From Anaerolineales bacterium (GTDB lineage Bacteria > Chloroflexota > Anaerolineae > Anaerolineales > UBA6663): DNA of 64,000 nt. The translations under genes and the position numbers were made by a program. The notes beneath the pieces were generated by a model that was not told the DNA's origin, ran no database searches, and saw nothing but the letters and a program-made list of their open reading frames with translations. The stretch covers positions 8,462 to 72,461 of the forward strand of contig JADLEU010000369.1 of NCBI GenBank assembly GCA_020845955.1. The letters run 5' to 3'. Below are positions 16,101 through 24,651 of this stretch, one piece after another; position 1 is the stretch's first letter, and each line of letters opens with the position of its first letter.

Positions 16101-18444
16101 AGATGTGCGCGTCACTGGCGCCGACCAGCGTGAGCGTTTGCTGGAGGATGGCCTCCAGCACCTGGGTTAGCTCCAGGCTAGAGGTCAGGCGGAGACTGGC
16201 GGCCCGCAGTGTTTCCAGCTCAGCGCTGCGCCGCCGCTCGGCCTCGAGTGCCCGCACGCGAGCCAGTGCCAAAGCCAGCTGCCGGCCTGCTTGCTCGGCG
16301 GCGCTGAGCTCATCGGGCGCAAACGAGCGAGGCTGACGGAACATCAACAAGGCCGCGCCCAAGCGCTCTTCACCGGCCAATAGCGGCACCGCGAACACGG
16401 CGCGCGCCGCATCCGGCGCTGTTGGCGCGGTCAGCGCATAATAAGAGCGCTGGACATCGGGCACGGCCAGCGGCTGTCCGGCGTCCAGCGCCGCGGTCGT
16501 GAGCGCTTCCCAGGCCACAGACGGCCCGGCAGCGTTGGCCTGCTCACCGGCCGCCGAGGCCAAAGCCAACTCACCGCCGGCGCCGCGCAGCGCCAGGAGG
16601 CATGCGTCAGCACCCAGTAACTCGGCCAGGCGGCTGGTCAGGACGTCGAACAGGGCGGGGAGCTCGCCGACCTCCAGCGCGGCCTGGGTGATGGCGTTCA
16701 GCAGTCCCAGGGTGCCAGCCCGGCGCTGCCCGCTGGCAAATAGCCGGGCATTGTCGAGCGCCGCGGCAACCTGCGCGCCCAGTAGCTCCGCCGCCCCGGA
16801 TTCTTCGGGCGTGAAGCGCGCGGCGCGCTCGGCTTCGGCGATTACCAGCGCACCCAGCAGGCCGCGCTCGGTGCGCAGCGGCGCGACCACCAGCGAACGC
16901 GCCGGGCGCCCATCGCCAGGGAACAGCAGCGCGCGCCCGCGCGCCACGGACTGCGCGACCTGCGCATCCACGTCGAGGCCGGCCTCGGGCTGCCCGGTCT
17001 TGGCGGAAGCCGCCAACCTCCCGCAGCCAGCGGCCCGGGTGAGGCGGGCTTGATCGTCGTCCGCCAGCCATACTTCGACTCGCCCGGCCTGGAAGACCGC
17101 GCATGTTTCGGCACATAGGGTATTCAGGACCGTAGAAGACTCGAGCGAGGTATTGACCGCCGCGCCAATGCGACGCAGGCCTTCGGTCAGGCGTTGGCGG
17201 TGGCGCAGCTGCACGATCAGTTGATTGGTCTGCAGGCCGGCCACGACCAGATCGGACAGGGATTCCAGGGTACGCACATCGGTCGCGTCGAAGCGGCTAG
17301 GGTCTGTGCTGGCAACTTCGAGGACTCCCACGACGCTCTTGGCCAGGCGCAGTGGTACTACCACGATGCCCGCCAGGCCGCGACTGTCATCGGGAGCGCA
17401 GCGCGCATCGGCGGCCGGGTCCTCAATCCAGCAGCTTTCCCCATGCAGGCTGACCCAACCGACCACCCCCTGGCTCGACCGCACGCGCTGACCAGGCACG
17501 CGCCGGGTCGTGAAGAGGCCAAACGTGGCCCGCGTGATCAGAGCGTCATCCTCGACCAGATACACGGCGGCGGCCTCGAAGCCGAAGGACTGGCACAAGC
17601 GCCGCGCGGCTTCGTTCATCAACGCTTGCGGATCACTGAGCGCAGTCAGGCCGCGGGCAAAATCGTTGAGCAGCTCCAGGTGCTGGGCATGCTTGCACTC
17701 GGCCGCCAGGGCCTGGGCCAACTCCTGGGCCTGCGCCGTCTCGGCGGCGCGTAGCCGGTCGACATGCCGAAGCTCGGCTGCCAGGCGCTGGGCCGCCAGC
17801 CGCAGCATCACGGCGGACATGACAAACACAGCGACCTGCATGAGCCAGGCCGGCTGCAGGCCCGGCCCTGTCAGGCCAACGATCAGGCCAAGCGATTCGA
17901 GCAGTGAGACAGCCACCAGCAGCAGGCTGCTGGCGGCGGCATACAGCCCAGCACTGACGGCCCCCTGGAGCATCCCAGCGGCGATGATCACCAGCAGATA
18001 GGCCGACGCGCCCGCCCCGTGAAAACCTCCGCTGAGCGCCAGGCCCAGGGTAACGATGAGGAAGAGCAACAACGGGTACAGCGCGCGGGCCAGGCGCGCC
18101 CGGCGGCGCCAGATGAGGACATACAGGCCGACGTGAGCGCCTGCCAGCCAGCCCCCCAACACGAGCGGCAGCAGCCGGGCGGCGCCAACGGGCGTCACGG
18201 CCAGGAGCAGTGACATCCCAATGACGATGAGGAACGTCTCGCGCAGGATAGAGGCCAGTGTCTGCGTCAGGCGGTCCTCGCCTGGATCGGTATACCGGGG
18301 CGCCTGCCAACCGGCGCGCAGCGCCTGAGACAGGGGCAGGCCAGATCGACGCCAAGCTCCAATGAGGATCAACGCCAGGACAGACAGGTAGACTGCTAAG
18401 CCCAGCGCCAGGATCGTGAGTGCACTCACGCGCTCAGCCCCCAT
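13153..18444 (-). CDS. Membrane-anchored diguanylate cyclase: ~6 TM helices, eight tandem GAF domains, C-terminal GGDEF domain
   Basis: aa 1-215 are hydrophobic helices. Eight ~150-170-aa units each end in a recurring helix (LDNARLF, ALENARLFESERRQ, ALQNARLFDAERRR, ALQNARLYAAQRRR, ALENARLH, IDNAQLH). GGEEF is encoded at 13429-13443 (verified on the DNA), with an RxxD I-site (RDPD) 5 residues upstream. Confidence 0.9.
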   Translation of the reverse strand: MGAERVSALTILALGLAVYLSVLALILIGAWRRSGLPLSQALRAGWQAPRYTDPGEDRLTQTLASILRETFLIVIGMSLLLAVTPVGAARLLPLVLGGWLAGAHVGLYVLIWRRRARLARALYPLLLFLIVTLGLALSGGFHGAGASAYLLVIIAAGMLQGAVSAGLYAAASSLLLVAVSLLESLGLIVGLTGPGLQPAWLMQVAVFVMSAVMLRLAAQRLAAELRHVDRLRAAETAQAQELAQALAAECKHAQHLELLNDFARGLTALSDPQALMNEAARRLCQSFGFEAAAVYLVEDDALITRATFGLFTTRRVPGQRVRSSQGVVGWVSLHGESCWIEDPAADARCAPDDSRGLAGIVVVPLRLAKSVVGVLEVASTDPSRFDATDVRTLESLSDLVVAGLQTNQLIVQLRHRQRLTEGLRRIGAAVNTSLESSTVLNTLCAETCAVFQAGRVEVWLADDDQARLTRAAGCGRLAASAKTGQPEAGLDVDAQVAQSVARGRALLFPGDGRPARSLVVAPLRTERGLLGALVIAEAERAARFTPEESGAAELLGAQVAAALDNARLFASGQRRAGTLGLLNAITQAALEVGELPALFDVLTSRLAELLGADACLLALRGAGGELALASAAGEQANAAGPSVAWEALTTAALDAGQPLAVPDVQRSYYALTAPTAPDAARAVFAVPLLAGEERLGAALLMFRQPRSFAPDELSAAEQAGRQLALALARVRALEAERRRSAELETLRAASLRLTSSLELTQVLEAILQQTLTLVGASDAHIFLYDGHTLTFGAALWAEGHREEPFTTARRGGLTETVALTGQRLAVTDVNRHQLFNDWRWGGAIVGLPLRMGQRVCGVMNVAYTRPHVFDEGELRILDLLADQAAVALENARLFESERRQRELAVALHEASIALSTTLEIDTVLDRLLDQAARIVPCDAASLLVLDADSQGARMVRHRELEGLDSEASDLLASPDQHISLAPNLRWLTETHRPLLIADTREAPGWVASPIDAYLPALLGVPIVAQRKVIACFVLRKREPGHFQPFHAQQLSALAGQAALALQNARLFDAERRRAAQLALLSEVSQQVADTLDEAQLLQRAAGALVNRLGFSEAAIMLPAEAGELTVVALAATEAIPVQIGFRLKMGTGAAGHAALTRSTYLANNIAEDPYYFDSLGRSQGSALALPLLREGQLLGMIYVETGQPQAFSPVDVVALETLAQHVATALQNARLYAAQRRRAEEERLLLSAARDLSAGLSQEAVLNAAVRHVTAALQASSSTVSLWDRDADRVVTLLDYALPPSTGQEAGGTPYPLARYPQTRRVLEQRLAVIVAVDDPAADPAEVAYLRAHQNGSALLLPLLAADKVYGLLEVFRLEGQPAFTETDLQLGQRLAAQAGVALENARLHTAVQENLREQDALLKASEALLSTLELEPLLQNILAAAITAIPPAEKGAVILADPQQRLLTVRAAHGYRDQRVQGLYFPIHQGYPGRALRENQPLLVADAAVFDAAVWPKQLPEQLPELSALRSAIVAPLAPKGADGPPLGVISLGAARPNTFTRADLRRLVAFANTAAVAIDNAQLHAEVQRLAVTDSLTGLANPRAFEHALATEFHRAGRYGYALSLVIMDIDSFKEYNDTYGHPAGNERLKAIAGILRANVRDPDLPVRYGGEEFALLLPHTTKAGALALAERVRTAAEAVAGKGARPGRPISGYSLSLGVASFPNDALTAEELLLAADNAELAAKRGGKNRVIAAAPLPEAARSS

Positions 18445-19237
18445 GCTCCGCGGTCAGCCAGCGGTAACACTGCCAGACAAAACGGTGCGCAACCGAGTAA
18501 CTTCGGTCCAGGCCGCCAAAGGTGGCAGCGGCCCAGGAACGCAGTTCGGCCAGGCAGCGCCGATAAACCTCAACGGGAGCCTCCGCGCCAAGCGCCCAGG
18601 TGCGGTGTTCGATTGTTTCGATCTGGCGGGCCAGGGTGCGGGCCACGGTCCACTCACCGACAGTGCGCTCTTCGACCTGCGCCCCGGAAGCCAGCAGTGC
18701 AGCCTGGATGTCAGGAAAGTCACGCCCGCCCCCGCCGCTGCCGACCAGGCCGGCAGCGGCCAGCAGCTCGCGCCAGCGCGCAAGCAGCCGCGCCCCCGGC
18801 GAATGGGGCGGTCGCCAGTCGTAACCACTGAGCAGTGCGCTGCCCGGGCGCAGCACGCGGCGCGCTTCGGATAGGGCCGCCGGCCAATCCGACAACAGGT
18901 GGAGAACATGGACAGTCACCACGGCGTCGAAGGCGCCTGAAGCCAGCGGCAAGCACAGCGCATCGCCCTGGATAAGCGGCGGGCGCCAGGCGCCTGGCGG
19001 CAGCTGGAGTAGGAGTTGGTCCATCATCGCCCGCGACAGGTCCACACCCACGACGGCGACGCGCCGGTCAAGGAGCGGCCGAGCGATGCGGCCAGTGCCG
19101 ACGCCGATCTCCAAGACGCAGCGCGCTGACCCGAGCCATTCCAGCGCCGCGCCGACGACCGTCTCGGCTATCCCGGGCGGGAAACCGCGAGCCGCATCAT
19201 AATCACTTGCCGCCTGGTCAAAGGAGCCACTGCGCAT
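18434..19237 (-). CDS. Class I SAM-dependent methyltransferase (Methyltransf_11-like)
   Basis: Motif I is CVLEIGVGTGRIARPL, with AFDAVVTVHVLHLL downstream. The 3' end overlaps the DGC start by 11 nt. Confidence 0.8.
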   Translation of the reverse strand: MRSGSFDQAASDYDAARGFPPGIAETVVGAALEWLGSARCVLEIGVGTGRIARPLLDRRVAVVGVDLSRAMMDQLLLQLPPGAWRPPLIQGDALCLPLASGAFDAVVTVHVLHLLSDWPAALSEARRVLRPGSALLSGYDWRPPHSPGARLLARWRELLAAAGLVGSGGGGRDFPDIQAALLASGAQVEERTVGEWTVARTLARQIETIEHRTWALGAEAPVEVYRRCLAELRSWAAATFGGLDRSYSVAHRFVWQCYRWLTAEHGG

Positions 19238-19966
19238 GGGACGCGACGCCGAAGCTGTCTCCCGGCTATTTTACGTCTGAAACCGTTTAGCTGCCTTGAG
19301 CTGCGAAACCCTGACGAGCGACGGGCTGCCGGCTGGGCACGGTGGAGCGGCCGGTCAGCACGGAACACCAGAACCGATGCTCTTTCGGCACACACGAGTT
19401 CAGACCCTCCAGCATAGGCGCGGGCGAATGGCTGCGGGTAAGCGCGGACGACGCGGGCGGCGACCGAGACCAATTGCCGCTGCCGAGCATCGACCTCCGC
19501 CGGGTCACCGGCGCTGGCGGAAAGGCGAGGCCATTGGCCCGCATGACGTCTTGCTAGAGCGCGGCGTAGAACGCCCCTCACCGTGTGGTCCAGGGCGCCA
19601 CCCGCTCTCCGCGGACCTCGGCTAGGGTTGCCACGGCGCTGACGTGCGCGGGGATGTCTTCGGCGGATCGCCGGGCGGGCGAAGGCCGTAGGGCGGCGCG
19701 ACGTTGTGCGAGTGGCCGTGACCCGCCAGCAGATTGAGCGCCAACTGGTGACAACCACGGGCATCTAGGCTCCCAACTGGGCGCGTGTTGCCACCGACAC
19801 AAGAAAGACCTGGCACGCCATGAGCATTAAGGCGCTAAGGCGAAGATCAGCAGGGGCGCGCCGATCGGTGACGGCTCACGAAGGGCTCCGGTCGCCAGGC
19901 CGACAGCAGGCTGGTCCGCGAGCAGGCGCGATCCACCTGGGCCGATCACCCCGCGGGCCGCGCCAC

Positions 19967-21310
19967 TCAGCCGGTCACCGCGGCGTCGGTCAACTCGAGC
20001 GCCCGGTTGATGATCTCGAAGGCTCCGCGCAGCTCGGCCTCGGTGATCGACAGAGGCGGGTTGGTGAAGAAGTTGTTCCAGTGGATGAAGACGTAGAGCC
20101 CGTGGTCCTTGAAGAAGGCGGCCAGACGCTGCATTTCAGGGCTGGTGCCGTTGAAGGGCGCCATTGGCTCCTTGGTCGCGCGGTTCTTGACAAGTTCGAT
20201 GATGCCGAACAGGCCGATCGAGCGGACGTCGCCCACGGAGGGATGCTCCGCCTTTAGGTCATCCAGCAGGCCGGCCATCACCCGGCCCTGCCGCTGGGTG
20301 TTGCCCAGGAGATCGTCGTCCTGGATGACCTTGAGGTTGGCGATCGCGGCGGCAAGCGACATGGGGTGAGCGTTGTAGGTCAGCCCGCCGTAGTAGATCT
20401 GATCGTCCCAATAGGCCGCGATCTTGCCGCTCATGGCCACCGCGCCCAGCGGCATGTAAGCGGAGGTCAAGCCCTTGGCCATGGTGATCAAATCGGGAAC
20501 CACGTTCCAGTGATCGACGGCGAACCAGGTGCCGGTACGGCCCAGTCCGCACATGACCTCATCGCAGATCAGCAGAATGCCGTGCCTGTCACAGATCGCG
20601 CGCAGGCCCTGGAGGTAGCCCTCCGGCGGAATGATCAGGCCGTTGGTGCCCGTAACCGTCTCGATGAAAATAGCGGCAATGGTGTACGCGCCCTCGTACT
20701 GGATGACTTCTTCGACCTGGTCGAGACACTTACGGGCAAAGACCTCGTCGCTGTCACCCGCCTGGTAGAGCAGGCTGCGATATTGATAAGGATCAAACAC
20801 CCGCACAATCCCCGGGAGGCCGGGCTCGTTGGCCCAGCGGCGCGGATCGCCGGTGAGGCTGATGGCGCCGGCAGTGGCGCCGTGGTACGAGCGGTAGCGG
20901 GTAATGATCTTCTGGCGGCCAGTATAGCCGCGCGCCAGCTTGATGGCGTTTTCGTTCGCCTCGGCGCCGCCTAACGTAAAGAAGAACTTGTTCAGGTCGC
21001 CGGGCGTGAGCTCGGCCAGCATGCGCCCCAGCTCGGCGCGCACCGGGGTGGCCATACCCGGCCCCGCGTAGACGAGCTCGTCGGCTTGAGCCTTGATCGC
21101 GTCGATCACGCGCTGGTCGCCGTGGCCAATGTTGACGCACATCAACTGCGAGTTCAGGTCGAGATAGCGCTTGCCATGCGCGTCCCAGAAATAGACGCCC
21201 TTGGCCTTAACCATGGGGATGGGGTTAACGGCGGCCTGGGCCGACCAGGAGTAGAAGGTGTGCCGCTTCGACAGCGCCACCATCTCTTCGGCAGACATCA
21301 TCGGTGTCAT
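19967..21310 (-). CDS. Class-III (omega/beta-alanine-type) aminotransferase
   Basis: The ATG at 21310 gives MTPMMSAEEMVALSKRHTFYSWSAQAAVNPIPMVKAKGVYFWD. The body is typical class III (LICDEVMCGLGRTG, PLP-Lys context ITMAKGLTS). The 130-aa upstream extension in the track is Arg/Pro-rich junk. Confidence 0.9.
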   Translation of the reverse strand: MTPMMSAEEMVALSKRHTFYSWSAQAAVNPIPMVKAKGVYFWDAHGKRYLDLNSQLMCVNIGHGDQRVIDAIKAQADELVYAGPGMATPVRAELGRMLAELTPGDLNKFFFTLGGAEANENAIKLARGYTGRQKIITRYRSYHGATAGAISLTGDPRRWANEPGLPGIVRVFDPYQYRSLLYQAGDSDEVFARKCLDQVEEVIQYEGAYTIAAIFIETVTGTNGLIIPPEGYLQGLRAICDRHGILLICDEVMCGLGRTGTWFAVDHWNVVPDLITMAKGLTSAYMPLGAVAMSGKIAAYWDDQIYYGGLTYNAHPMSLAAAIANLKVIQDDDLLGNTQRQGRVMAGLLDDLKAEHPSVGDVRSIGLFGIIELVKNRATKEPMAPFNGTSPEMQRLAAFFKDHGLYVFIHWNNFFTNPPLSITEAELRGAFEIINRALELTDAAVTG

Positions 21311-21357
21311 CGGCGGGCTCCTAAGTAGAGGTAAGCACCGGCCTATTGTACCGCCGG

Positions 21358-22779
21358 CTAGAGCACGGCGCCGTGGGCGGCCCGCTTGAGCCAGCTTCCC
21401 CCGCCCGGCTCGCCGTTCCAGGTGTCGCCGTCGACCAGCAAGTTTCCGCGCAGGTAGACCTGCTCGGGGACGCCGCGGATTTCCCAACCTTCGTACAGGT
21501 TGTAATCGGTGCGCTGGTGCGAGGTGCGGGCGCCCATCACACGCGTCGTATTCGGGTTCCAGATGACGACATCGGCGTCGGCGCCCACGGCCAGGGTGCC
21601 TTTGCGGGGGTAGAGGCCGAAGATCTTGGCCGGGTTCGTGCAGCACAACTCGACCAGGCGGTTGAGGCTGATCCGTCCCTGCCCCACGCCGTAGGTCCAC
21701 AGGATCGGCATACGGTCCTCGATGCCGGGCACGCCGTTGGGGATCTTGTCGAAGCTGTCGCTGCCCAGCTCCTTGCCCGGCATCACAAACGGCTGGCCTT
21801 CGTATTCAATCGGCTTCGTGCCGTCGAACAAAAACGGGCAATGATCAGTGGAGACGGCTTGCAGCGCATTGCTGCGCACGGCCTCCCACAGGGCAGCATG
21901 GTCGGCGGCGGTGCGCATGGGCGGCGAGCACACCCACTTGGACCCGTCGGGCTGGCGCAGGTTGTCGACGGTGAAGAAGAAGTACTGGGTGCAGGTCTCC
22001 CCCATCACAGATAGGCCGCGCGCCCGCCCATAGGTGATCTGGTCCACGGCCATGGCGTTGGTGACGTGGACGACATAGAGTGGGGCGCCAGCCATACCGG
22101 CCAGGGCTACGGCACGCATAGTGGCCTCGGCCTCGGCCCAGGCCGGATGCGTCAGCGCATGCCACTCGGCCGCGCGGTGCCCCTTGGCCAATGCGGCCTT
22201 GATGAGAGTGTCGATGACATCGCCGTTCTCAGCGTGGACCATGGTCAGCATGCCGGCCTCCGCCGCTTTCATCAGGGCTTTGAAGAAGGTGGTGTCGTCC
22301 ACCTGAAGTACGCCCTTGTAGGCCAGGAAGAGCTTGAGCGAGGTGATGCCTTCGCCGGCCAGGGTGGGGATCTCGTCCATGACGGCCGGCGTCAGGTCGG
22401 TTATGGCCAGGTGAAAGCCGTAGTCGATCGCGGCCCTGGCATCTGATTTCTTGTGCCAGTTCTCCATCGCCTGATGCAGCGATTCGCCCTTGCCCTGGAT
22501 GACAAAGTCGATGTGGGTGGTCGTGCCGCCAAAGGCCGCGGCCTTTTGGCCGGAATAGAAGTCGTCGGAGGCAAAGGTCCCGAAGAAAGGCAATTCCATG
22601 TGGGTATGCACATCGATGCCCCCCGGCAATACGTACTTGCCACTGGCATCGACGACGCGGGCGCCCTCCGGTCGCAGCTCGTGGCCGAGCAGCACGATCT
22701 TGTTGTCCTCGATCAGCAAGTCGGCCGGAAAGGTCTCGGCGGCGGTGACAAGGGTGCCATTCTTAATCAGGGTCTTCAT
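21358..22779 (-). CDS. Dihydropyrimidinase / D-hydantoinase (cyclic amidohydrolase)
   Basis: MKTLIKNGTLVT..LPGGIDVHTHMELPF..AAFGGTTTHIDF..SLKLFLAYKG..VHAENGD..PLYVVHV..STDHCPF..IPNGVPGIEDRM match the family end to end. Confidence 0.9.
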   Translation of the reverse strand: MKTLIKNGTLVTAAETFPADLLIEDNKIVLLGHELRPEGARVVDASGKYVLPGGIDVHTHMELPFFGTFASDDFYSGQKAAAFGGTTTHIDFVIQGKGESLHQAMENWHKKSDARAAIDYGFHLAITDLTPAVMDEIPTLAGEGITSLKLFLAYKGVLQVDDTTFFKALMKAAEAGMLTMVHAENGDVIDTLIKAALAKGHRAAEWHALTHPAWAEAEATMRAVALAGMAGAPLYVVHVTNAMAVDQITYGRARGLSVMGETCTQYFFFTVDNLRQPDGSKWVCSPPMRTAADHAALWEAVRSNALQAVSTDHCPFLFDGTKPIEYEGQPFVMPGKELGSDSFDKIPNGVPGIEDRMPILWTYGVGQGRISLNRLVELCCTNPAKIFGLYPRKGTLAVGADADVVIWNPNTTRVMGARTSHQRTDYNLYEGWEIRGVPEQVYLRGNLLVDGDTWNGEPGGGSWLKRAAHGAVL

Positions 22780-22842
22780 GGGGGCCTCGTGGAGAAAGCA
22801 GTCGTTGCTCGCTGCGGATGATGGGCGACGCGGCTGCGCCGC

Positions 22843-23760
22843 TCAGGCGGTTGGCCAATTGATCGTGGACTTCAAGAAATGGAGCGCCAGGAACCCGGCC
22901 AGACCGTCGGCGCCGGAGGTGTGCCCAACAGACAGCACGGCGTCGACGGCGGCGGCCAGGTCGGCCTGGCGCTGGGAGCTATCCGGCTGGCATAGGGCCG
23001 AAAACAAGGTGTGCCAAGGGAGGGCGCATTCGCCCTGGCTGGCGGCCCGCACATAGGCAGCGGACAGTGTCGAAGTCAGAGGCGCTACCGCCCGACCAAC
23101 GACCGCCCCCAGGTCGGGCGCGGCCGGGCCATAAAGGCCCGCCCAGGACGCCAGACAGGCGCCCACCACGAAGTCATCGCCTGCTGGCGTCAGCCCGGCG
23201 CCCAGCCCGGCCAGGCACTGTCCGCCGATGGCTGCCTGCTCGAGCTGGCCGGTCAGCAGCCCCGTCGCGAGATCGTCAACACCCGCACGCGCTCGTCCGA
23301 ACAGCCCGGGCGGCAAGGGTGAGCGATCCGCAGCGACCAAGAACAGATCGAGCAGGCTGCCCGGCAAGGCACGGTCCGCGACCAGCCGCACCAGCGCATC
23401 CAGGCGCCCCGGGTCGGCATCCAGGCAGATTCGCAGCTCAGACCAGGATGGGCGCGGATCCCATGTGCGCACACCCTCGCCGGCGTAATCCAGGCGCAAC
23501 GGCCCGACACGCAGAACGGGCGGCGCCCGCACCACCTGGCTTTCGACGGTTACGGCCTTGAACGAGCCGGCGCGATTGGGCGCCACGACCAATCCAAAGG
23601 GCGTCAAACCCCGCGCATTGGTGACCATGGACATTACCTCGCCGGCCGCATCCACCAGATTACAGGCACGGTCGAAGACGTTGAGCACCTGGGCCGGCCT
23701 CGATTGCGCAAGCCATGCGCGGGCGGCGGGTGTCATCGACACCGCGGTCAGGGTGAACAC
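22843..23760 (-). CDS. DUF2877 protein (YlbF/AllH-like)
   Basis: GLGAGLTPAGDDFVVG and VLSVGHTSGADGLAGF resemble the two signature blocks I recall for YlbF-family proteins. The start is GTG 23760 or ATG 23736. Confidence 0.6.
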   Translation of the reverse strand: MFTLTAVSMTPAARAWLAQSRPAQVLNVFDRACNLVDAAGEVMSMVTNARGLTPFGLVVAPNRAGSFKAVTVESQVVRAPPVLRVGPLRLDYAGEGVRTWDPRPSWSELRICLDADPGRLDALVRLVADRALPGSLLDLFLVAADRSPLPPGLFGRARAGVDDLATGLLTGQLEQAAIGGQCLAGLGAGLTPAGDDFVVGACLASWAGLYGPAAPDLGAVVGRAVAPLTSTLSAAYVRAASQGECALPWHTLFSALCQPDSSQRQADLAAAVDAVLSVGHTSGADGLAGFLALHFLKSTINWPTA

Positions 23761-23769
23761 GGCCAGGCC

Positions 23770-24651
23770 TCAGACCAGGGCGCGGGCGATGAACGCAGCC
23801 AGCGAGGTTGGGGAGCGGCCCAGCAGCCAGGTTAACACCTGGGGGCTGCCACCTAGTCCAAAGCGCGCGTAGTAATCGAACATGGCGCGCAGCGTCGCGC
23901 GCTGATAATCGCCCCGGCCAGCCGCGCGGGCGCGGGCCTCCCACTCCTCCATTGGCTCCACCTGAGCGCGCACCGGGCGGCCGAGCTGCGCGCTCAGCCT
24001 TTCCGCGACTTCCGTCTGGGAGAGGGGCAGCGTGCCCACCAGCTCGTAGGTCGCCCCAACGTGGCGAGAATCTTCCAGGTTCAGCACCTGGGCGGCCGCG
24101 GCGGCCACGTCGTCCAAGTCCACGAGGCTAAGGCGGGTTTCGACCGGATAGGGCACGGTATGGACACCGTGCTGAGTGATGGCCTTCCAGTCGGCCAACA
24201 GGTTTTGCATGTAGGGCGCCGGCTGAAGGATCGTGTAGTCCAGACCGGACTCGAAGAGCGCCTGTTCGACCCGCAGCTTGCCCCAATGGTGGGGCATCCG
24301 CTCGGTCTGCGGGTGAAGCACGGAATGGTAGACCATGCGCCTGACGCCGGCTGAGCGCGCAGCCCTAATGACGATCCGGCCGATCGCCAGCTCATCGGGG
24401 TGAACATTCGGGCAGAGGTGATAGACGGCCTGAGCGCCCGTGAGGGCGCGGCGCACGTCGCTCACGTCGCGCAGGTCGCCCGAGATTACGCTCAGAGCAC
24501 CCAGGGCGGTCACCGTGGGCGCGTCTTCAGGACGCCGCACAAAGGCGCGCACGGTCTGCCCCGCGGCCGCCAGAGGCTTGAGAACGGCACGCCCGGTCTT
24601 CCCGGCCGCGCCCATCACGACGATGATTTGGCCACCTCGACTAACTCCCAC
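23770..24651 (-). CDS. NmrA-like / atypical SDR NAD(P)-binding oxidoreductase
   Basis: The N-terminal Rossmann motif is IIVVMGAAGKTGRAV. A GTG start at 24651 is needed to keep beta-1, so the gene overlaps the upstream stop by 37 nt. The alternative ATG at 24615 would delete beta-1. Confidence 0.75.
   Translation of the reverse strand: MGVSRGGQIIVVMGAAGKTGRAVLKPLAAAGQTVRAFVRRPEDAPTVTALGALSVISGDLRDVSDVRRALTGAQAVYHLCPNVHPDELAIGRIVIRAARSAGVRRMVYHSVLHPQTERMPHHWGKLRVEQALFESGLDYTILQPAPYMQNLLADWKAITQHGVHTVPYPVETRLSLVDLDDVAAAAAQVLNLEDSRHVGATYELVGTLPLSQTEVAERLSAQLGRPVRAQVEPMEEWEARARAAGRGDYQRATLRAMFDYYARFGLGGSPQVLTWLLGRSPTSLAAFIARALV

Noticed and set aside
19301-19320. Hammerhead-ribozyme-like core words (GAAAC followed by CUGACGAG) in the 730-nt gap.
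   Set aside because: The two core elements are separated by only 2 nt, with no room for the required helices in any of the three permutations. This is most likely chance.
19238-19400. Possible c-di-GMP (GEMM) riboswitch upstream of the methyltransferase-DGC operon.
   Set aside because: I compared the minus-strand leader by eye with the Vc2-type consensus I recall. Only trivial word matches (CUAAAC) appear, and there is no convincing paired-helix architecture.
19622-19816. Minus-strand ORF with an LNLLAGHGHSHNV segment resembling a metallophosphoesterase GHxH motif.
   Set aside because: The match is too short, other family motifs are lacking, and there is no room for the N-terminal half before the aminotransferase gene. 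I mention it only as a possible gene remnant in the gap finding.
21311-21700. N-terminal extensions of track ORFs: 19967-21700, 33740-34999, 39001-41103, 47100-48374, 52932-54509 and 61047-62246.
   Set aside because: The extensions are Arg/Pro-rich and low in complexity, and they overlap or abut upstream genes. In five of the six ORFs an internal ATG gives the canonical family N-terminus, usually with a Shine-Dalgarno sequence. For 52932-54509 no internal ATG is available and I chose the TTG at 54068 (start uncertain).
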